24,835 nucleotides of DNA from Azolla caroliniana (lineage: Eukaryota; Plantae; Polypodiophyta): NCBI GenBank assembly GCA_043228905.1, contig JBHGNT010000449.1:1-24835 (forward strand). The letters are read 5' to 3'. The notes under the pieces were generated by a model that saw only the letters and a list, made by a program, of their open reading frames with translations, ran no database searches and was not told the DNA's origin. Below are positions 1 to 8,185 of the stretch, piece after piece (the first letter of the stretch is position 1; each line of letters begins with the position of its first letter). The position numbers were made by a program, and so were the translations under genes.

Positions 1-403
1 TTTTTAGGGTGTTGGTTCTCTCCACGAAAACGTTATCGGTGGTTGTGGCCACGAGGGGGTTTAGAATCCATTGCGACCAACATACGGACGACGACACGCG
101 TTTTCATTGTGATTACAAGATCCGTCGTCGTTGTGGACGCTGCAACCACCGGAGGAATATGAAGGTGGCACCATTCAAGGACAACATTTCTAGGTGAAAC
201 ATGCGTGGGTTGGTTGGTTCACACGATGATGAAAATGGTAGATAGACATGGGAATTTCATGTGGAATCATGTTTGTAGTAGGAGTTACGATCAGCCACTA
301 CTATTGCGCACATCATGGTACGGCGAGACACGGCATTGTATGAGGGTGGCTTCAATACAACATTGTGATGGCATCGACGTTTGACGAGTTTCGCGTTGCT
401 CGT

Positions 404-471
404 GAGAGAGATAGCGATAGATGGATAGAGATAGATATAGGTAGGGTGGGAGTGGGTAGTGTGCGTGTGGG
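404..471 (+). repeat. Degenerate GA/GATA simple-sequence tract followed by a G-run tract in the spacer, in each unit
   Basis: gagagagatagcgatagatggatagagatagatataggtagggtgggagtgggtag...tggg. Confidence 0.6.
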
Positions 472-545
472 CACGTTACCTAATCATGTGTGCGTGGAGT
501 TTCATTTTGCTTGTGCAATGAGCGAGCGAGGGCACGCGACCTGAT

Positions 546-565
546 CGTGCGTGCGTGCGTGCGTG
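546..565 (+). repeat. (CGTG)5 microsatellite downstream of the stop codon, in each unit
   Basis: cgtgcgtgcgtgcgtgcgtg read directly. Confidence 0.85.
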
Positions 566-690
566 TTGTGCGCGAGCGTGGGAGAAATATGATTGAGAGG
601 GTTATGAGAACGTCAAGACACCACACAGAGCACACCATTTACATTTACGATGTTCAGAAAGTGTATAGTTGAAAAAGTTATGTACGTTCT

Positions 691-1728
691 TTAAAAGTGG
701 CGAATACAAGCGCGTGGGCGAAGATCACATTGTTGGAGAAGGCGAGAGGTTGCCACGCTTAGAAGTTGTTCCTCCTCACCGGCCTTGAAACGACGACGTT
801 GTTCCTCATCTTGTCGTCCGGTCATGCGATAACGGCGCTCGTCCTCCTCGCGCTCGCTACTGTCTCTCTCTCGCTCGGCATCCTCTTCCCATTGACGACG
901 TTCCCTTGACACTTGGTTATGGCGGTGACCATCATTGCGTGCCTCTTCTCCGCTAATGTATAAGGCCTCGCGGAGGCGGTTGCAACGCTCTTCTACGGGG
1001 ATTTGTTCCACGTTCCTGCAGCATCTTTCGGAGGGCCTTGCATATCGGCTGATTTCATCCCAAGAGGTGCGACGGCTTCGTCCACGTTCTTCCTTCTCAT
1101 TACGTTCTTGTAGGTGGCGGACCTGCCTATCGACGAAGTTTTGGCACTCTTGCCTCAACTCTCGGTCTCGTGGCTCATCGCGATCGCGGCCGCGACGATC
1201 CCGTTCCTCTTCGGACTCTCTCTTGTTGTCTCTGCGACGTCCTTCATCGAGGGATCCTTCACGACGTCGGTCGCGCCTCTCCTGCTCGACATCCTCCTCC
1301 CTGCGTCGATCGCGCCTCTCGTCACGTGACTCATCACGATCGCGACCGCGACGATCCCGTTCCTCTTCGGACTCTCTCTTGTTGTCTCCGTAGCGCCCCT
1401 CCTCGATGGACCCCTCGCGACGTCCCCCGCGCCTCTCCTCATCGAAATCCTCCTCCCTGCGTCGATCGCGCCTCTCCTCACGTGGCTCATCGCGATCGTG
1501 ACTGCGACGATCCCGGTCCTCATCCGACTCTCTCTTGTTGTCTCTGTAGCGCCTCTCATCGATGGATCCCTCACGACGTCCGCTGCGCCTCTCCTCGTCG
1601 ACATCCTCCTCCCTACGTCGATCGCGCCTCTCCTCTTCGCGATCCCGTCCTACAGATCTAGCATTGGCCGCGCCGCAGGCGGCTAGCATGATAACCGCCA
1701 TGAGGAATATGATAGTGAGCTTCGCCAT
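691..1728 (-). CDS. Arg/Glu/Asp-rich 2S-albumin-like (prolamin superfamily) storage protein precursor, copy 1 (N271)
   Basis: 345-aa ORF with ATG in a good plant context (gcaATGGC). Hydrophobic signal peptide MAKLTIIFLMAVIMLAACGAANA with an AxA cleavage site. Cys at 195, 236-237, 249, 334 and 341 in albumin-like spacing (QECQNF...PSERCC...ERC...QQC...RAC). TATA/RY/ABRE promoter upstream. The family call is from motif recognition, not a database search. Confidence 0.85.
   Translation of the reverse strand: MAKLTIIFLMAVIMLAACGAANARSVGRDREEERRDRRREEDVDEERRSGRREGSIDERRYRDNKRESDEDRDRRSHDRDEPREERRDRRREEDFDEERRGGRREGSIEEGRYGDNKRESEEERDRRGRDRDESRDERRDRRREEDVEQERRDRRREGSLDEGRRRDNKRESEEERDRRGRDRDEPRDRELRQECQNFVDRQVRHLQERNEKEERGRSRRTSWDEISRYARPSERCCRNVEQIPVEERCNRLREALYISGEEARNDGHRHNQVSRERRQWEEDAERERDSSEREEDERRYRMTGRQDEEQRRRFKAGEEEQLLSVATSRLLQQCDLRPRACIRHF
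1168..1635 (-). repeat. Intragenic tandem repeat: 3 x 156 bp (3 x 52 aa, aa 32-187), present in every complete gene copy
   Basis: DNKRES occurs at aa 63, 115 and 167 (52-aa period). At DNA level 'actctctcttgttgtctc' recurs at a 156-bp period. Confidence 0.95.
1660..1728 (-). other. Signal peptide coding segment (aa 1-23), present in all complete copies
   Basis: Basic n-region (MAK), hydrophobic h-region (LTIIFLMAVIMLAA), small residues at -3/-1 (A-N-A|R). Confidence 0.85.
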
Positions 1729-1794
1729 TGCTTGTGTTCGGAACTACCCCGGTTCTCTCTCCGCCTATTTGAGTGTGTCATGGTTGATCCACCC

Positions 1795-1801
1795 TTATAT
1801 A
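1795..1801 (-). promoter_or_regulatory. TATA box (TATATAA) of copy 1
   Basis: Lies 67-73 nt upstream of the ATG, with an initiator-like CTCA about 30 nt downstream (near 1770). Recurs at 3956, 6117, 8252, 10413, 12574, 14735, 16896, 19057, 21218 and 23379. Confidence 0.75.
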
Positions 1802-1809
1802 CACAAGGC

Positions 1810-1832
1810 CATGCATGTCTAGTACATGCATG
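1810..1832. promoter_or_regulatory. Double RY/Sph element (CATGCATG x2), the B3-domain factor (ABI3/FUS3/LEC2) site
   Basis: Exact CATGCATG at 1810-1817 and 1825-1832, immediately upstream of the TATA box; repeated in every unit. Confidence 0.8.
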
Positions 1833-1839
1833 TCCCTTC

Positions 1840-1845
1840 CCACGT
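1840..1845 (-). promoter_or_regulatory. ABRE/G-box-like element (ACGTGG)
   Basis: Plus strand CCACGT, 8 nt from the second RY element; repeated in every unit. Confidence 0.55.
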
Positions 1846-1921
1846 CCATTCCTATAGACGTTAAAGGCATGATCCATACTTGGGCCACGGAAGAGACCAT
1901 TCACTTTTATCCACCCCCCTT

Positions 1922-1929
1922 TACGTGTC
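1922..1929 (+). promoter_or_regulatory. ABRE (TACGTGTC)
   Basis: Matches the PyACGTG(G/T)C ABRE consensus, about 195 bp upstream of the ATG; repeated in every unit. Confidence 0.6.
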
Positions 1930-2253
1930 CAGGATCCTCCTGCTTCGACCTACCATATCACTAGCCCTATACTCACCTCCATCACACCAGGAGTGGGATT
2001 ATGCACTTGGGCATTTCAAATCTACTAACCTATGGACGCTTCGTCCATATTGCAACGTAGACAGTATGTAACCTCATGATAGCCACCTACACATGTGATG
2101 CCATTGAGGTTGTAGAGTGCGTATGGGCCTCGTAAAACGAGGATAAGGTGGTGAGAAAAGGTTTTTAGGGTGTTGGTTCTCTCCACGAAAACGTTATCGG
2201 TGGTTGTGGCCACGAGGGGGTTTAGAATCCATTGCGACCAACATACGGACGAC

Positions 2254-2262
2254 GACACGCGT
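2254..2262 (-). promoter_or_regulatory. CE3-like coupling element (ACGCGTGTC)
   Basis: Plus strand GACACGCGT, about 530 bp upstream of the copy 1 ATG; also at 93-101 and in each unit. Confidence 0.4.
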
Positions 2263-2851
2263 TTTCATTGTGATTACAAGATCCGTCGTCGTTGTGGACG
2301 CTGCAACCACCGGAGGAATATGAAGGTGGCACCATTCAAGGACAACATTTCTAGGTGAAACATGCGTGGGTTGGTTGGTTCACACGATGATGAAAATGGT
2401 AGATAGACATGGGAATTTCATGTGGAATCATGTTTGTAGTAGGAGTTACGATCAGCCACTACTATTGCGCACATCATGGTACGGCGAGACACGGCATTGT
2501 ATGAGGGTGGCTTCAATACAACATTGTGATGGCATCGACGTTTGACGAGTTTCGCGTTGCTCGTGAGAGAGATAGCGATAGATGGATAGAGATAGATATA
2601 GGTAGGGTGGGAGTGGGTAGTGTGCGTGTGGGCACGTTACCTAATCATGTGTGCGTGGAGTTTCATTTTGCTTGTGCAATGAGCGAGCGAGGGCACGCGA
2701 CCTGATCGTGCGTGCGTGCGTGCGTGTTGTGCGCGAGCGTGGGAGAAATATGATTGAGAGGGTTATGAGAACGTCAAGACACCACACAGAGCACACCATT
2801 TACATTTACGATGTTCAGAAAGTGTATAGTTGAAAAAGTTATGTACGTTCT

Positions 2852-3889
2852 TTAAAAGTGGCGAATACAAGCGCGTGGGCGAAGATCACATTGTTGGAGA
2901 AGGCGAGAGGTTGCCACGCTTAGAAGTTGTTCCTCCTCACCGGCCTTGAAACGACGACGTTGTTCCTCATCTTGTCGTCCGGTCATGCGATAACGGCGCT
3001 CGTCCTCCTCGCGCTCGCTACTGTCTCTCTCTCGCTCGGCATCCTCTTCCCATTGACGACGTTCCCTTGACACTTGGTTATGGCGGTGACCATCATTGCG
3101 TGCCTCTTCTCCGCTAATGTATAAGGCCTCGCGGAGGCGGTTGCAACGCTCTTCTACGGGGATTTGTTCCACGTTCCTGCAGCATCTTTCGGAGGGCCTT
3201 GCATATCGGCTGATTTCATCCCAAGAGGTGCGACGGCTTCGTCCACGTTCTTCCTTCTCATTACGTTCTTGTAGGTGGCGGACCTGCCTATCGACGAAGT
3301 TTTGGCACTCTTGCCTCAACTCTCGGTCTCGTGGCTCATCGCGATCGCGGCCGCGACGATCCCGTTCCTCTTCGGACTCTCTCTTGTTGTCTCTGCGACG
3401 TCCTTCATCGAGGGATCCTTCACGACGTCGGTCGCGCCTCTCCTGCTCGACATCCTCCTCCCTGCGTCGATCGCGCCTCTCGTCACGTGACTCATCACGA
3501 TCGCGACCGCGACGATCCCGTTCCTCTTCGGACTCTCTCTTGTTGTCTCCGTAGCGCCCCTCCTCGATGGACCCCTCGCGACGTCCCCCGCGCCTCTCCT
3601 CATCGAAATCCTCCTCCCTGCGTCGATCGCGCCTCTCCTCACGTGGCTCATCGCGATCGTGACTGCGACGATCCCGGTCCTCATCCGACTCTCTCTTGTT
3701 GTCTCTGTAGCGCCTCTCATCGATGGATCCCTCACGACGTCCGCTGCGCCTCTCCTCGTCGACATCCTCCTCCCTACGTCGATCGCGCCTCTCCTCTTCG
3801 CGATCCCGTCCTACAGATCTAGCATTGGCCGCGCCGCAGGCGGCTAGCATGATAACCGCCATGAGGAATATGATAGTGAGCTTCGCCAT
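2852..3889 (-). CDS. 2S-albumin-like Arg-rich storage protein precursor, copy 2 (N271)
   Basis: Translation identical to copy 1. Confidence 0.85.
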   Translation of the reverse strand: MAKLTIIFLMAVIMLAACGAANARSVGRDREEERRDRRREEDVDEERRSGRREGSIDERRYRDNKRESDEDRDRRSHDRDEPREERRDRRREEDFDEERRGGRREGSIEEGRYGDNKRESEEERDRRGRDRDESRDERRDRRREEDVEQERRDRRREGSLDEGRRRDNKRESEEERDRRGRDRDEPRDRELRQECQNFVDRQVRHLQERNEKEERGRSRRTSWDEISRYARPSERCCRNVEQIPVEERCNRLREALYISGEEARNDGHRHNQVSRERRQWEEDAERERDSSEREEDERRYRMTGRQDEEQRRRFKAGEEEQLLSVATSRLLQQCDLRPRACIRHF

Positions 3890-5012
3890 TGCTTGTGTTC
3901 GGAACTACCCCGGTTCTCTCTCCGCCTATTTGAGTGTGTCATGGTTGATCCACCCTTATATACACAAGGCCATGCATGTCTAGTACATGCATGTCCCTTC
4001 CCACGTCCATTCCTATAGACGTTAATGGCATGATCCATACTTGGGCCACGGAAGAGACCATTCACTTTTATCCACCCCCCTTTACGTGTCCAGGATCCTC
4101 CTGCTTCGACCTACCATATCACTAGCCCTATACTCACCTCCATCACACCAGGAGTGGGATTATGCACTTGGGCATTTCAAATCTACTAACCTATGGACGC
4201 TTCGTCCATATTGCAACGTAGACAGTATGTAACCTCATGATAGCCACCTACACATGTGATGCCATTGAGGTTGTAGAGTGCGTATGGGCCTCGTAAAACG
4301 AGGATAAGGTGGTGAGAAAAGGTTTTTAGGGTGTTGGTTCTCTCCACGAAAACGTTATCGGTGGTTGTGGCCACGAGGGGGTTTAGAATCCATTGCGACC
4401 AACATACGGACGACGACACGCGTTTTCATTGTGATTACAAGATCCGTCGTCGTTGTGGACGCTGCAACCACCGGAGGAATATGAAGGTGGCACCATTCAA
4501 GGACAACATTTCTAGGTGAAACATGCGTGGGTTGGTTGGTTCACACGATGATGAAAATGGTAGATAGACATGGGAATTTCATGTGGAATCATGTTTGTAG
4601 TAGGAGTTACGATCAGCCACTACTATTGCGCACATCATGGTACGGCGAGACACGGCATTGTATGAGGGTGGCTTCAATACAACATTGTGATGGCATCGAC
4701 GTTTGACGAGTTTCGCGTTGCTCGTGAGAGAGATAGCGATAGATGGATAGAGATAGATATAGGTAGGGTGGGAGTGGGTAGTGTGCGTGTGGGCACGTTA
4801 CCTAATCATGTGTGCGTGGAGTTTCATTTTGCTTGTGCAATGAGCGAGCGAGGGCACGCGACCTGATCGTGCGTGCGTGCGTGCGTGTTGTGCGCGAGCG
4901 TGGGAGAAATATGATTGAGAGGGTTATGAGAACGTCAAGACACCACACAGAGCACACCATTTACATTTACGATGTTCAGAAAGTGTATAGTTGAAAAAGT
5001 TATGTACGTTCT

Positions 5013-6050
5013 TTAAAAGTGGCGAATACAAGCGCGTGGGCGAAGATCACATTGTTGGAGAAGGCGAGAGGTTGCCACGCTTAGAAGTTGTTCCTCCTCA
5101 CCGGCCTTGAAACGACGACGTTGTTCCTCATCTTGTCGTCCGGTCATGCGATAACGGCGCTCGTCCTCCTCGCGCTCGCTACTGTCTCTCTCTCGCTCGG
5201 CATCCTCTTCCCATTGACGACGTTCCCTTGACACTTGGTTATGGCGGTGACCATCATTGCGTGCCTCTTCTCCGCTAATGTATAAGGCCTCGCGGAGGCG
5301 GTTGCAACGCTCTTCTACGGGGATTTGTTCCACGTTCCTGCAGCATCTTTCGGAGGGCCTTGCATATCGGCTGATTTCATCCCAAGAGGTGCGACGGCTT
5401 CGTCCACGTTCTTCCTTCTCATTACGTTCTTGTAGGTGGCGGACCTGCCTATCGACGAAGTTTTGGCACTCTTGCCTCAACTCTCGGTCTCGTGGCTCAT
5501 CGCGATCGCGGCCGCGACGATCCCGTTCCTCTTCGGACTCTCTCTTGTTGTCTCTGCGACGTCCTTCATCGAGGGATCCTTCACGACGTCGGTCGCGCCT
5601 CTCCTGCTCGACATCCTCCTCCCTGCGTCGATCGCGCCTCTCGTCACGTGACTCATCACGATCGCGACCGCGACGATCCCGTTCCTCTTCGGACTCTCTC
5701 TTGTTGTCTCCGTAGCGCCCCTCCTCGATGGACCCCTCGCGACGTCCCCCGCGCCTCTCCTCATCGAAATCCTCCTCCCTGCGTCGATCGCGCCTCTCCT
5801 CACGTGGCTCATCGCGATCGTGACTGCGACGATCCCGGTCCTCATCCGACTCTCTCTTGTTGTCTCTGTAGCGCCTCTCATCGATGGATCCCTCACGACG
5901 TCCGCTGCGCCTCTCCTCGTCGACATCCTCCTCCCTACGTCGATCGCGCCTCTCCTCTTCGCGATCCCGTCCTACAGATCTAGCATTGGCCGCGCCGCAG
6001 GCGGCTAGCATGATAACCGCCATGAGGAATATGATAGTGAGCTTCGCCAT
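5013..6050 (-). CDS. 2S-albumin-like Arg-rich storage protein precursor, copy 3 (N271)
   Basis: Translation identical to copy 1. Confidence 0.85.
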   Translation of the reverse strand: MAKLTIIFLMAVIMLAACGAANARSVGRDREEERRDRRREEDVDEERRSGRREGSIDERRYRDNKRESDEDRDRRSHDRDEPREERRDRRREEDFDEERRGGRREGSIEEGRYGDNKRESEEERDRRGRDRDESRDERRDRRREEDVEQERRDRRREGSLDEGRRRDNKRESEEERDRRGRDRDEPRDRELRQECQNFVDRQVRHLQERNEKEERGRSRRTSWDEISRYARPSERCCRNVEQIPVEERCNRLREALYISGEEARNDGHRHNQVSRERRQWEEDAERERDSSEREEDERRYRMTGRQDEEQRRRFKAGEEEQLLSVATSRLLQQCDLRPRACIRHF

Positions 6051-7207
6051 TGCTTGTGTTCGGAACTACCCCGGTTCTCTCTCCGCCTATTTGAGTGTGT
6101 CATGGTTGATCCACCCTTATATACACAAGGCCATGCATGTCTAGTACATGCATGTCCCTTCCCACGTCCATTCCTATAGACGTTAATGGCATGATCCATA
6201 CTTGGGCCACGGAAGAGACCATTCACTTTTATCCACCCCCCTTTACGTGTCCAGGATCCTCCTGCTTCGACCTACCATATCACTAGCCCTATACTCACCT
6301 CCATCACACCAGGAGTGGGATTATGCACTTGGGCATTTCAAATCTACTAACCTATGGACGCTTCGTCCATATTGCAACGTAGACAGTATGTAACCTCATG
6401 ATAGCCACCTACACATGTGATGCCATTGAGGTTGTAGAGTGCGTATGGGCCTCGTAAAACGAGGATAAGGTGGTGAGAAAAGGTTTTTAGGGTGTTGGTT
6501 CTCTCCACGAAAACGTTATCGGTGGTTGTGGCCACGAGGGGGTTTAGAATCCATTGCGACCAACATACGGACGACGACACGCGTTTTCATTGTGATTACA
6601 AGATCCGTCGTCGTTGTGGACGCTGCAACCACCGGAGGAATATGAAGGTGGCACCATTCAAGGACAACATTTCTAGGTGAAACATGCGTGGGTTGGTTGG
6701 TTCACACGATGATGAAAATGGTAGATAGACATGGGAATTTCATGTGGAATCATGTTTGTAGTAGGAGTTACGATCAGCCACTACTATTGCGCACATCATG
6801 GTACGGCGAGACACGGCATTGTATGAGGGTGGCTTCAATACAACATTGTGATGGCATCGACGTTTGACGAGTTTCGCGTTGCTCGTGAGAGAGATAGCGA
6901 TAGATGGATAGAGATAGATATAGGTAGGGTGGGAGTGGGTAGTGTGCGTGTGGGCACGTTACCTAATCATGTGTGCGTGGAGTTTCATTTTGCTTGTGCA
7001 ATGAGCGAGCGAGGGCACGCGACCTGATCGTGCGTGCGTGCGTGCGTGTTGTGCGCGAGCGTGGGAGAAATATGATTGAGAGGGTTATGAGAACGTCAAG
7101 ACACCACACAGAGCACACCATTTACATTTACGATGTTCAGAAAGTGTATAGTTGAAAAAGTTATGTACGTTCTTTAAAAGTGGCGAATACAAGCGCGTGG
7201 GCGAAGA

Positions 7208-8185
7208 TCACATTGTTGGAGAAGGCGAGAGGTTGCCACGCTTAAAACGACGACGTTGTTCCTCATCTTGTCGTCCGGTCATGCGATAACGGCGCTCGTC
7301 CTCCTCGCGCTCGCTACTGTCTCTCTCTCGCTCGGCATCCTCTTCCCATTGACGACGTTCCCTTGACACTTGGTTATGGCGGTGACCATCATTGCGTGCC
7401 TCTTCTCCGCTAATGTATAAGGCCTCGCGGAGGCGGTTGCAACGCTCTTCTACGGGGATTTGTTCCACGTTCCTGCAGCATCTTTCGGAGGGCCTTGCAT
7501 ATCGGCTGATTTCATCCCAAGAGGTGCGACGGCTTCGTCCACGTTCTTCCTTCTCATTACGTTCTTGTAGGTGGCGGACCTGCCTATCGACGAAGTTTTG
7601 GCACTCTTGCCTCAACTCTCGGTCTCGTGGCTCATCGCGATCGCGGCCGCGACGATCCCGTTCCTCTTCGGACTCTCTCTTGTTGTCTCTGCGACGTCCT
7701 TCATCGAGGGATCCTTCACGACGTCGGTCGCGCCTCTCCTGCTCGACATCCTCCTCCCTGCGTCGATCGCGCCTCTCGTCACGTGACTCATCACGATCGC
7801 GACCGCGACGATCCCGTTCCTCTTCGGACTCTCTCTTGTTGTCTCCGTAGCGCCCCTCCTCGATGGACCCCTCGCGACGTCCCCCGCGCCTCTCCTCATC
7901 GAAATCCTCCTCCCTGCGTCGATCGCGCCTCTCCTCACGTGGCTCATCGCGATCGTGACTGCGACGATCCCGGTCCTCATCCGACTCTCTCTTGTTGTCT
8001 CTGTAGCGCCTCTCATCGATGGATCCCTCACGACGTCCGCTGCGCCTCTCCTCGTCGACATCCTCCTCCCTACGTCGATCGCGCCTCTCCTCTTCGCGAT
8101 CCCGTCCTACAGATCTAGCATTGGCCGCGCCGCAGGCGGCTAGCATGATAACCGCCATGAGGAATATGATAGTGAGCTTCGCCAT
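7208..8185 (-). pseudogene. Copy 4, frameshifted near the C-terminus (325 aa, lacks the last two Cys); probable defective copy
   Basis: 26-bp deletion at junction 7244/7245 (removes the equivalent of 762-787 in copy 1). The ORF ends ...RRRFKRGNLSPSPTM* instead of ...RRRFKAGEEEQ...QQCDLRPRACIRHF*. The promoter is intact, so it may still be expressed. Confidence 0.75.

Noticed and set aside
3-9. TTTAGGG plant telomere heptamer once per unit
   Set aside because: A single copy is expected by chance; there is no telomeric tract.
501-506. Possible polyadenylation signal AATGAA on the minus strand, about 185 nt past the stop
   Set aside because: Plant poly(A) signals are degenerate and I saw no canonical AATAAA; it cannot be supported without 3'-end data.
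9-672. Short spacer ORFs (62 aa, 60 aa; also the 73, 63 and 77 aa ORFs at 1683-2258)
   Set aside because: Short, mostly non-ATG starts, crossing microsatellite or promoter motifs. Their recurrence only reflects the tandem duplication.
1168-1635. Resemblance to RD/RE-rich splicing factors (U1-70K-like) or trichohyalin-like proteins
   Set aside because: Compositional similarity only. The signal peptide, Cys skeleton and lack of an RRM point to a secretory-pathway protein.
935-1822. Overlapping plus-strand ORFs (152, 71, 163, 62, 86 aa) and the alternative-frame 149-aa minus ORF, in every unit
   Set aside because: Shadow frames of a GC-rich, low-complexity R/E/D repeat that rarely yields stop codons. 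The Ser/Arg/Pro-rich translations have no recognisable domain or own promoter.
2090-2097. Palindromic E-box CACATGTG upstream of the gene
   Set aside because: A short, common motif; plausible bHLH site but not distinguishable from chance.
1-2161. Unit as a transposon, viral/plasmid concatemer or CRISPR-like array
   Set aside because: No transposase, RT, Rep or cas ORF, no terminal repeats, no unique spacers and no vector elements were recognised.
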